DNA of 41,412 bases from an uncultured Gemmatimonadales bacterium (GTDB lineage: Bacteria > Gemmatimonadota > Gemmatimonadetes > Gemmatimonadales > GWC2-71-9), in the NCBI GenBank assembly GCA_963825055.1, contig CAWGSK010000023.1, positions 1 through 41,412 of the forward strand. The letters are read 5' to 3'. A model generated the notes under the pieces. That model did no database searches. It was not told the origin of the DNA and was given only the letters and a program-made list of their open reading frames with translations. A program made the position numbers and the translations under genes. This document shows positions 13,183 through 22,870 of this stretch, one piece after another; the first letter of the stretch is position 1, and every line of letters starts with the position of its first letter.

Positions 13183-13212
13183 GGTGAGGGGTAAACGGTG
13201 AACGGTGAACGG
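13183..13212. repeat. Heptamer tandem repeat (GGTGAAC)n in the CGNR gene leader
   Basis: GGTGAGG GGTAAAC GGTGAAC GGTGAAC GG. Confidence 0.65.
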
Positions 13213-13225
13213 AGCGTCCAGCTCC

Positions 13226-13253
13226 TAACCGGTATTATGGTATTGACAGGTTA
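13226..13253. promoter_or_regulatory. Putative operator box 1, TAACC-N18-GGTTA
   Basis: cTAACC ggtattatggtattgaca GGTTAg, overlapping both predicted promoters. Confidence 0.65.
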
Positions 13254-13262
13254 GAAGGTCAA
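13234..13262 (-). promoter_or_regulatory. Sigma70-like promoter for the CGNR gene
   Basis: Minus strand TTGACC (13262-13257) - 17 nt - CATAAT (13239-13234). Confidence 0.65.
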
Positions 13263-13271
13263 GTATAGAGT
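13243..13271 (+). promoter_or_regulatory. Sigma70-like promoter for the ABM-DinB operon
   Basis: TTGACA (13243-13248) - 17 nt - TAGAGT (13266-13271). GGAGG RBS at 13303-13307 before ATG 13313. Confidence 0.7.
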
Positions 13272-13301
13272 ATAACCAGTAAACAACATGTTACTGGTTA
13301 T
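13272..13301. promoter_or_regulatory. Putative operator box 2, TAACC-N18-GGTTA with extended perfect arms
   Basis: ATAACCAGTAA acaacatg TTACTGGTTAT, an 11-bp perfect inverted repeat immediately downstream of the + strand -10. Confidence 0.7.
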
Positions 13302-13312
13302 CGGAGGGTTAC

Positions 13313-13807
13313 ATGACCAATCCCCCATCGCTTGCCGCCACCGTTTTCCGTCCCACCGCCCTTCCATCCACCGCCGGGGTGTTCCGGCGCTGGGCCCGCT
13401 GGTGGGTGGCCTTCACTGATGCCTGGCAGGGGGGGCTGGACGCGCCCCGGCGCGACGCCCGCGGCTCCAGCGCCGAGGCGGCCGGCGCCCGCCCGGCCCG
13501 GCTGGTGGCCCGTACCTGGCACGGGCGTGTGCCACGCGAGAAGGCCGACGCCTACGAGCAGTACCTCGCCCGGACCGGCTTTACTGACTACGCGGATACG
13601 CCGGGGAACCGGGGCATGCTCGCCCTCCGCCAGGACGCCGGCGAGGAGACCCACTTCCTGCTGCTGACCCTCTGGGAATCACGGGAGGCCATCGCCCGGT
13701 TCGCCGGGGACGATATCTCCCTGGCGCGTTACTACCCGGAGGACCGGGCCTACCTGCTCGAACTCGAGCCGCGGGTGAACCACTATGACGTGATGGCGAT
13801 CCGATGA
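13313..13807 (+). CDS. Antibiotic biosynthesis monooxygenase (ABM)-like protein with N-terminal extension
   Basis: C-terminal ~100 aa VARTWHG...TPGNRG...LTLWES.EAIARFAG.D...A.YYPED...L is a typical ABM-fold family. Good RBS at 13303. Confidence 0.8.
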   Translation: MTNPPSLAATVFRPTALPSTAGVFRRWARWWVAFTDAWQGGLDAPRRDARGSSAEAAGARPARLVARTWHGRVPREKADAYEQYLARTGFTDYADTPGNRGMLALRQDAGEETHFLLLTLWESREAIARFAGDDISLARYYPEDRAYLLELEPRVNHYDVMAIR

Positions 13808-14295
13808 GGGGGCGGGCAGGGGTGGCGGCGCTCGAGCTGCTGCTCCGGGAGGCGTGGGCCGGCCCGAACTGGCTCGGCCCCTCCCTCAGGCGGACCGTGC
13901 GGGAACTCGATGCGGACCAGGCGTGGTGGCGCCCTGAAGGTGCGTCGCACAGTGCATGGGACATCGTGCTGCACCTTGCCTACTGGAAACACCGGGTGGC
14001 GCGGAGGATGACGGGCGGCCGCGGGCCGCGCTTCGCACGGGGGCCGGCCAACTGGCCGGCGGTCCCCGATGCCGCGGATCCCGGGCAGTGGCGCGAGGAC
14101 GTTGCTCTGCTCGAGGCAACCCACTCGGCGTTCGTCGAGCTGGTACAGGGGCTCACCGACCGCGATCTCGACCGACCGGTCGGCCGGCACACGGTGGCGG
14201 AGTCGATCCGGGGGATTGCCGCCCATGACGACTACCACGGGGGGCAGATCCGGATGCTGCAACGGATGGGGGAGACGGTAAGCGGTAAGCGGTGA
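13804..14295 (+). CDS. DinB family protein
   Basis: W.GPSL, HSAWDIVLHLAYW and HDDYHGGQI (His triad). ATGA overlap with the upstream gene. Confidence 0.88.
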   Translation: MRGRAGVAALELLLREAWAGPNWLGPSLRRTVRELDADQAWWRPEGASHSAWDIVLHLAYWKHRVARRMTGGRGPRFARGPANWPAVPDAADPGQWREDVALLEATHSAFVELVQGLTDRDLDRPVGRHTVAESIRGIAAHDDYHGGQIRMLQRMGETVSGKR

Positions 14296-14355
14296 GAGGT
14301 GAGCGGTGAATGGCCGTGGATATGCTGCTCCCGCTCACCGCTCACCGCGTACCGC
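14275..14355. repeat. Inverted pair of heptamer arrays (GCGGTRA)n...(TCACCGC)n, probable terminator hairpin
   Basis: ACGGTAA GCGGTAA GCGGTGA GAGGTGA GCGGTGA ... TCCCGC TCACCGC TCACCGC GTACCGC between the convergent DinB gene and gyrB. Confidence 0.8.
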
Positions 14356-14358
14356 TGT

Positions 14359-16648
<2,290 letters not shown>

Positions 16649-16652
<4 letters not shown>

Positions 16653-17740
16653 CCCGGCCTCCCGCCGTCCGTCGTGATACGTCCCGCCCGAATGGTCCAG
16701 ACCGGCCGCGCCAGCGCCCGGGGCAGCTCGTCGGGCCGGGGCGCGCTCAGGAACACCTGGCGGTCGCCGGCCTGCAGGCGGCGCCCCAGCCGCTCCTGCC
16801 GTTCGCGGTCCAGCTCGGCAAAGATGTCGTCGAGCAGGAGGGCCGGTTCCACCCCCCTGGCGTCGCGCAGCGTCCGGAGTTCGAGCAGCTTGAGCGCGAT
16901 GGCTGCGCTCCGCTGCTGGCCGGTCGAGCCGAAGGCCCGGACTGCGCGGCCGCCCAGCGTGAGGGCCAGTTCATGGCGGTGCGGGCCGATGGTCGTCAGG
17001 CCGCGTGCCAGGTCATGCTCCACGCTCCGCTCCAGGGCTGCCGGCCATGCCGCCGGATCGGCCAGCGCCTCATCGCCGTCGTACTCGATGCCCGCGTCTG
17101 CCGGCTCGCCCAGCGCCGCGAGCTCCTCCGCGAACGCCTCGCGATGCGCCACGGCCCACGCGAGCCGCGTCTGCACGATCTCGGCGCCAGCGGCGCCCAG
17201 CACCGGGTGAAACGGCCGGGCCAGGTCGGCCCGCTTCTGTCGGAGCGCCGCGTTGTGCTGGGCGAGTGCGGCGCGATACCGGCTCAGCGCCCTGAGGTAC
17301 GTGCCCCCGGTGAGGGCAAGCATCCGGTCCAGGTACAGGCGACGCTCCCCGGCCGGCCCCGAGGCGAGCTGCAGGTCGGCCGGCAGGAATGCCACCGCCA
17401 GCCAGTGTCCCACCGCCTCCGTCATCCTCGGGGCCGGCGCCCCGTCCACCTCGATCTGCTTGCGGCGTCCCGAAGCCCGGTAGACTGCTGCGAGCTGGTG
17501 CGACGCGCCGCCGGTGGTCACGGTCGCCTCGACCCGGAATCCCTCGCCGCCGAAGGCCGCGACCTGCTGGTCGGGCACCCGGTGCAGGGAGCGCCAGAGG
17601 ACGGGATACCCCACCGCCTCCAGGAAGTTCGTCTTGCCCTGTGCGTTGTCGCCCAGGAGGGCCACGCCCTCCCGTGGTATCCCGAGGTCCGGATCGGCCA
17701 GGTTTCGGAAGCCCCGGGTCGTCAGGTGGACCAGGCGCAC
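16649..17740 (-). CDS. recF: DNA replication/repair protein RecF
   Basis: FRNL, Walker A GDNAQGKTN, GPHR, GSTGQQR and LLLDDIFAELD motifs. Confidence 0.96.
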
Positions 17741-18162
17741 TACTTGAAGAAGATCAGGCGGCCCACCGGATCGCCGGTGTTCCCCAGCCCGTCCACCGCC
17801 CTGAGCACCACCTGGATCGTGTCGCCCTTCTGTTTTCCGCCGGTCGAGATGGGCAGGTCGAACCGTATGGAGTCCTTGCCGCTGAAGGTGAGCGGCAGGA
17901 ACTGCTGGTTCCCGTTCACGACTTCGACGTTCAAGGTGTCCACCCCGTCCCTGTCCACCACGTTCCCGGCGACGAAGATGCCCGGGCCTGCCACGATGGT
18001 GGTGTCCTGCGCCGGCTCGGTGATGGTGATGACCGGGCCGATGCCGTCGCCCGGATCGGGAAACGTGAGACGATCCCGTCCGTTGCAGCCCGGCAGCAGG
18101 GTGAGCGCAAGGAGCGTTACGGCCCCCCGGACGGAGGGCCCGGAAACCATGGTCCGGGGCAT
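17740..18162 (-). CDS. Hypothetical lipoprotein (Ig-like beta-sandwich)
   Basis: Hydrophobic stretch ending LLPGC (lipobox-like). GP.ITITEP...RAVDGLGN is typical of bacterial Ig-like domains. Stop overlaps the recF GTG. Start may be 18150. Confidence 0.7.
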   Translation of the reverse strand: MPRTMVSGPSVRGAVTLLALTLLPGCNGRDRLTFPDPGDGIGPVITITEPAQDTTIVAGPGIFVAGNVVDRDGVDTLNVEVVNGNQQFLPLTFSGKDSIRFDLPISTGGKQKGDTIQVVLRAVDGLGNTGDPVGRLIFFK

Positions 18163-18176
18163 CCAGTAATCTAGCG

Positions 18177-18203
18177 AAAACGCCCCCGGAATTGCAGGGG
18201 GCG
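18177..18203 (-). terminator. Possible intrinsic terminator after the enoyl-CoA hydratase gene
   Basis: Minus strand CGCCCCC-tgcaattcc-GGGGGCG-TTTT (7-bp GC stem, short U tract). Confidence 0.45.
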
Positions 18204-18239
18204 CCGCTCTATCTAAGTGCTTGCCGCAAGGCGAGATAG

Positions 18240-19016
18240 CTACTCGCCCCGGAAAGCCGCCCGGCGCTTCTCCAGAAACGCCTGCATTCCCTCCTTCATG
18301 TCGGCGCTGGAGGCAAGCAGGCCGAAGTAGTTGGCTTCGAGCAGGAGGCCGTCATCGAGTGGAATATCCAGCACGGTATTCACTGCCTCGAGGCAGAGGC
18401 CGACGGCGAGCGGACCATTCGCCAGAATGGTGCGGAGCAGGCCCGTGGCCTCGTCCAGCAGGCGCTCGGCCGGCACCACCCGGTTCACCAGGCCGATCCG
18501 GTATGCCTCTTCGGCGTCGATCATTCCTCCGGTCAGCAGCAGTTCGAGCGCGCGCCCGCGGCCGATGAGGCGCGGCAGCCGCACCGTGCCGCCGTAGCCG
18601 GGACAGATGCCCAGCTTGACCTCGGGCTGCCCGAACTTCGCCGCCTCGCTGGCGATCCGGATGTGGCAGGCCATGGCAAGTTCGCAGCCGCCGCCCAGCG
18701 CGAAACCATTGATGGCCGCGACCACCGGCTTGCGGGAACGTTCGAACCGGCGGAACACGGCCTGTCCCGCCATCGCGCGAGCCTTGCCGTCGAAAGGCCC
18801 CTGTTCAGCCAGCTCGGCGATGTCTGCGCCGGCGACGAAGGCTTTGCCCCCGGCCCCGGTCAGCAGAACCCCGCGGATGGCGTCGTCCGTCTCGACGCGC
18901 GCAATGGCCTCGCCCAGCTCGGCGATGACAGCATCATTCAGCGCGTTGAGTTTGTCGGGACGGTTGATGGTGATGGTGGCGATGGCGTCGGCGAGATCGA
19001 AGGAAAGATTGGGCAT
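18240..19016 (-). CDS. Enoyl-CoA hydratase/crotonase
   Basis: INRPDKLNALN, AFVAGADI, ALGGGCELAMAC and FGQPEVKLG motifs (both catalytic Glu). Confidence 0.95.
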   Translation of the reverse strand: MPNLSFDLADAIATITINRPDKLNALNDAVIAELGEAIARVETDDAIRGVLLTGAGGKAFVAGADIAELAEQGPFDGKARAMAGQAVFRRFERSRKPVVAAINGFALGGGCELAMACHIRIASEAAKFGQPEVKLGICPGYGGTVRLPRLIGRGRALELLLTGGMIDAEEAYRIGLVNRVVPAERLLDEATGLLRTILANGPLAVGLCLEAVNTVLDIPLDDGLLLEANYFGLLASSADMKEGMQAFLEKRRAAFRGE

Positions 19017-19023
19017 GGGAGGC

Positions 19024-19155
19024 AGTGGGTAGTGGGAGTGGGTAGCGAGTAGTGAGCAGTGAGGAGTGAGTAGTGAGTAGTGAGTAGTGCTTCAAGGGCA
19101 GCCAGGCGCCGGACGCCCGAAGTCCAAACACTAATCACTAGTCACTAGTCACTAC
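19024..19155. repeat. Heptamer arrays (AGTGAGT)n and (CACTAGT)n
   Basis: About 9 degenerate AGTGRGT units at 19024-19089 and CACTAAT CACTAGT CACTAGT CACTAC at 19129-19155. Confidence 0.8.
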
Positions 19156-20250
19156 ATCCCCATACCGCTCCCGCATCGGAAACTCCGCCCCCTTCATCTC
19201 CCCCGCCACCCATCCGCGTATCCGGGTTCGCACGTCCTCCGGCACGTCGGCGTAGCGATCCGCCGAACCGCGCACGAACAGGGCGGCATCGGTGGCGAGC
19301 AGATGGGGCGGGTGCATCTCGAAAGCGTTTTCGTGGTCCCGCATATAGGCGAAACCGCACTTCTCCGCCACGGCGGCAACCTCGCTGTCGGAGAGTGGCC
19401 GTACGCCGAGGAACCCGGCCACCCGGCGGATGGCGGCGGGAAGGTCCTTCTTCATGTCCTCGAAGTAGACGAAGTGGACATTGGGATGCGCCTGCGCCTG
19501 CCGCCACCAGCCCTCAACGTGAGTCGTCCAGGGCCCCCACCACATGGCATCCGAGCAGTACCACGCCTCGATCGCCTCGAGTTCCGGCTGGAAGGTGCCG
19601 ACGTTGGCGCCGATGAAGTCCACGCAGCTGGCAAAGCAGGACACCGGATGGCGCGCAACGTAGATGTACTTCGCACGGTCCGACCAGGGGCAATGAGTCA
19701 CGGGCAGGTGGGTCTTGATGATCCGGGACGGGCGTTCCTCCCCGACCAGCGGCGCTTCCCCGACCGGAACGCTCTTCTGGGCCTCGAGCCAGGGGCAGAT
19801 GGCGTAGAGGGTGGTGCCGGACTCCACGATGTCCCCATGGCCGCGCCGCAGGACTTCGTACACCACGTGCTGCATCCAGGTCGTCCCGCACTTCATCTGC
19901 GTGACCACGAAGACGTCCTCCGGCCCTGCCTCGTACGTGTCCGCCCGGGCAAAGCTTTCCGGGCTGCAGGTACCGCGCGGGCCCGCGATGTCCCGGTGGC
20001 GGAAACCGACCTTGTCGAAGGAAAAACTGGTGAACCGGCCGATGAGCCGGAGGATCGGGTAGAGCACTCGCGCCTGGCGCCGGAGCGTGGCCTTGAACGC
20101 CTCCCGTTCGGCCGGCGGCTTTCCATAATAGGCGAGTCCCTGCGTCTGCTGGTCACCCCAGGTCAGCGCCACGGCCAGGTAGATCCACTGGAAGAGGAGG
20201 AAGAGGAGGAGCAGGCCGATGAGGAGCAGGATCCAGGAGAGTGGGGACAT
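19138..20250 (-). CDS. Membrane-anchored PAPS-dependent sulfotransferase (Sulfotransfer_1-like)
   Basis: Start at ATG 20250 (MSPLSWILLLIGLLLL... TM). DVFVVTQMKCGTTW (5'-PSB), RIIKTHLP, KYIYVARHP (3'-PB) and FEDMKKDL motifs. Confidence 0.88.
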   Translation of the reverse strand: MSPLSWILLLIGLLLLFLLFQWIYLAVALTWGDQQTQGLAYYGKPPAEREAFKATLRRQARVLYPILRLIGRFTSFSFDKVGFRHRDIAGPRGTCSPESFARADTYEAGPEDVFVVTQMKCGTTWMQHVVYEVLRRGHGDIVESGTTLYAICPWLEAQKSVPVGEAPLVGEERPSRIIKTHLPVTHCPWSDRAKYIYVARHPVSCFASCVDFIGANVGTFQPELEAIEAWYCSDAMWWGPWTTHVEGWWRQAQAHPNVHFVYFEDMKKDLPAAIRRVAGFLGVRPLSDSEVAAVAEKCGFAYMRDHENAFEMHPPHLLATDAALFVRGSADRYADVPEDVRTRIRGWVAGEMKGAEFPMRERYGDVVTSD

Positions 20251-20271
20251 TATCCGGGAATCGGGAAGGGC

Positions 20272-20392
20272 AGTGGCGAGTGCGGAAGTGGCAAGTGGCA
20301 AGTGGCAAGTGGCAAGGTAATGTCGTATACCCGATACCGGATACCCGCACCCGGCTTCCCGCCCCCCTTGCCCATTCCCCGTTCCCCGTTGC
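20272..20392. repeat. Mixed heptamer arrays (AAGTGGC)4, (ATACCCG)3, (TTCCCCG)2 in a divergent intergenic region
   Basis: Perfect AAGTGGC x4 at 20286-20313; ATACCCG ATACCGG ATACCCG at 20327-20347; TTCCCCG x2 near 20375-20388. Confidence 0.75.
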
Positions 20393-20402
20393 CTATTGGT
20401 CC

Positions 20403-21887
20403 ATGCCCTCCATCCTCGCCCTGGACCAGGGAACCACCGGCAGCACCGCACTGCTGATCCACCAGGACGGCACGGTGCTGGGTCGCGGCTATCGCGAGTT
20501 CACCCAGCACTTTCCCCGGCCCGGCTGGGTGGAGCATGACGCCGAGGAGATTTTTCAGGTCACGCTGGAAGCGGCCCGCGAGGCCATCGCCGCGGCCGGG
20601 GAGACCCCGGTGGGGATTGGTATCACCAACCAGCGCGAAACCGTGGTACTCTGGGATCGGGCGAACACGCGCCCCGTCGCGCCGGCCATCGTCTGGCAGG
20701 ACCGGCGGACCACGGTGCGCTGCCAGGAACTGCGGCGGGAGGGTCGACTGGACCTCGTCCGCGAGCGTACCGGGCTCGTGCTCGACCCCTACTTCAGCGC
20801 CACCAAGATCGAATGGCTGCTGCGGTCCGACCGCCGCCTGCGGCGCCGGGCGGAGCAGGGAGAACTGGCGTTCGGGACGATCGACAGCTGGCTGGTCGCG
20901 CGGTTGACCGACGGCGTCGTGCATGTGACCGACCACACCAACGCCTCCCGCACGATGTTGTACGCGCTCGATTCGCAGGCCTGGGATCCCGAGCTGCTCG
21001 GGGTCTTCGGCATCCCGGTCGAAGCGCTGCCCCGGATTGTCCGCTCGGGGGAGGTCGTCGGGGAAACCCGGCCAGAATACCTTGGCGTGCCGCTGCCGGT
21101 GGCGGGCATGGCGGGGGACCAGCAGGCGGCGCTCTACGGGCAGGGCTGTGTTACTGCCGGGACCGCGAAGAACACCTACGGTACCGGTGCGTTTCTCCTG
21201 GCCCACACCGGCACCGAGCGCCCGCATTCCGACCATGGCCTGCTCGCGACGATGGCCTGCGGCCCTTCCGGGGAACCGGCGTTCGCGCTCGAGGGCAGCA
21301 TTTTCATCGCGGGAGCAGCCATACAATGGCTGCGCGACGGCCTGGGCATTCTCGGAAGTGCCGCCGACTCCGAGGCGATGGCCCGGTCGGTGCCGGACAC
21401 CGGGGGCGTGCACTTCGTGCCGGCCTTCGTGGGCCTGGGTACTCCGCACTGGGAGCCCGAGGCCCGGGGCACGATTACCGGTCTCACCCGGGGCACCACA
21501 CGCGCCCACCTGGTACGCGCCGCGCTCGAGAGCATGGCGTTCAGCACGGCTGACCTGCTTGACACCATGGTGCAGGATGCCGGCCTCGATGTCCCTGCCC
21601 TGCGGGTGGACGGCGGGGCCTCGGCCAACGACTGGCTCATGCAGTTCCAGGCGGACGTGCTCGGCCACCCGGTGGAGCGGCCGGACATGGTCGAAACCAC
21701 CGCCCTCGGAGCGGCCGGACTGGCCGGGGTGACGCTCGGCCTCTGGAGGGATCCCCGGGACTTCCTCTCTCACCGGACTTTTGACCGCTTCCAGCCCGGG
21801 ACCACGCCGGCCGGGCGCCGGCAGCTCCGTGCCGGTTGGGAGGGGGCGGTCAGGGCCACCCTGGCCTGGGTCGAGCCCCGCCACTGA
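20403..21887 (+). CDS. glpK: Glycerol kinase
   Basis: ALDQGTT, GITNQRET, IVWQDRR, DPYFSATK, GDQQAAL, KNTYGTG and PAFVGLG motifs. ATG at 20403. Confidence 0.96.
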   Translation: MPSILALDQGTTGSTALLIHQDGTVLGRGYREFTQHFPRPGWVEHDAEEIFQVTLEAAREAIAAAGETPVGIGITNQRETVVLWDRANTRPVAPAIVWQDRRTTVRCQELRREGRLDLVRERTGLVLDPYFSATKIEWLLRSDRRLRRRAEQGELAFGTIDSWLVARLTDGVVHVTDHTNASRTMLYALDSQAWDPELLGVFGIPVEALPRIVRSGEVVGETRPEYLGVPLPVAGMAGDQQAALYGQGCVTAGTAKNTYGTGAFLLAHTGTERPHSDHGLLATMACGPSGEPAFALEGSIFIAGAAIQWLRDGLGILGSAADSEAMARSVPDTGGVHFVPAFVGLGTPHWEPEARGTITGLTRGTTRAHLVRAALESMAFSTADLLDTMVQDAGLDVPALRVDGGASANDWLMQFQADVLGHPVERPDMVETTALGAAGLAGVTLGLWRDPRDFLSHRTFDRFQPGTTPAGRRQLRAGWEGAVRATLAWVEPRH

Positions 21888-22156
21888 TGCTCCGGGTGCA
21901 CAGGGTTAGGGTATTGCCTCCCGCGGCCCTTGCTATCCCCGGGTAAACCGTCGAGGTTTCGTCAGGGCCGCACGCATCCTTCCTTATCCGCGGTTCCGCC
22001 AAGATCAGACAGAAGATTTGCCGCCGCCGGCGATCCCGGCAGCGTTTTCATGCGGGCGCCTTTGAGCGCTCCGCCGTCTCTATCGGTCAGGTGCCCCGGT
22101 CTGGCCCTGCCGCCGGAGGCGCGTCCATTGCTGGTTCTCCATGGAAAGGATCCTGT

Positions 22157-22738
22157 ATGACCCGTGGCGCAGCTCTTTCCGCTGTATTTGCTCTCCTCGC
22201 AGTCTCGGCGACCGTGCCCCTTGGGGCCCAGGAGATCCCCGTCGACCGGCAGGTGGCAGGTGCGGTGCTCCCCCTGCCTGACAGCCTTGCGGCCGGGGCC
22301 ACCGTGCTGGGATACCGGCAGGGCAAGCTGGTCGAGCTTCGGGCCGGCAGCAACGAGATGATCTGCCTCGCCGACGACCCGACGGCGGAGCGCTTCCAGG
22401 CCAGCTGCTACCACAAGTCGCTGGAGCCCTTCATGGCGCGAGGACGGACGCTCCGCGCCCAGGGGAAGAACCGCGCCGCCATCGACTCCGCCCGGCTGGC
22501 GGACATCCGGCGGGGCATGCTGATCATGCCGCAGTCGGCGGCGCTGTACTCGGTGTTCGCCGAGAGCGACACCCTGGATCCCGCGGCGGTCGACCGGGAG
22601 AAGCTTGGCCGCCTCTACGTGATTTACCTGCCCTATGCGACGTTCGAGTCCACCGGCATCAGCACCCAGCCCGCACAGGACCGCCCCTGGCTCATGCATC
22701 CGGGGCTTCCGTGGGCGCACGTGATGATACCGAAGTGA
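22157..22738 (+). CDS. Hypothetical secreted protein
   Basis: AAAGGA RBS, signal peptide ending PLGA-QE, and conserved-looking MICLADDP...CYH...PFMARGR...PWLMHPG.PWAHVM. Confidence 0.8.
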   Translation: MTRGAALSAVFALLAVSATVPLGAQEIPVDRQVAGAVLPLPDSLAAGATVLGYRQGKLVELRAGSNEMICLADDPTAERFQASCYHKSLEPFMARGRTLRAQGKNRAAIDSARLADIRRGMLIMPQSAALYSVFAESDTLDPAAVDREKLGRLYVIYLPYATFESTGISTQPAQDRPWLMHPGLPWAHVMIPK

Positions 22739-22755
22739 TCGGGAGTCGAAAGCCT

Positions 22756-22806
22756 GGAGTCGTTGAATCGTGGAGTCGTGGAGTCGTGGAGTCGTGGAGT
22801 CATGGA
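22756..22806. repeat. Octamer tandem repeat (GGAGTCGT)n upstream of the kinase array
   Basis: GGAGTCGT TGAATCGT GGAGTCGT GGAGTCGT GGAGTCGT GGAGTCAT GGA. Confidence 0.8.
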
Positions 22807-22870
22807 AGGGATGGAGATGCCGGGAATCGTCGGTGCCTGAAGTGAACCCTGAGTGTACCCAGTCGAGGCC

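Noticed and set aside
21888..22156. Riboswitch or hammerhead ribozyme in the glpK downstream gap
   Set aside because: Only partial motif fragments were seen and no complete consensus could be assembled by eye. An Rfam scan is needed.
19024..22806. Short tandem repeats as a possible CRISPR array
   Set aside because: The units are 7-8 nt with no unique spacers, and there are no cas genes.
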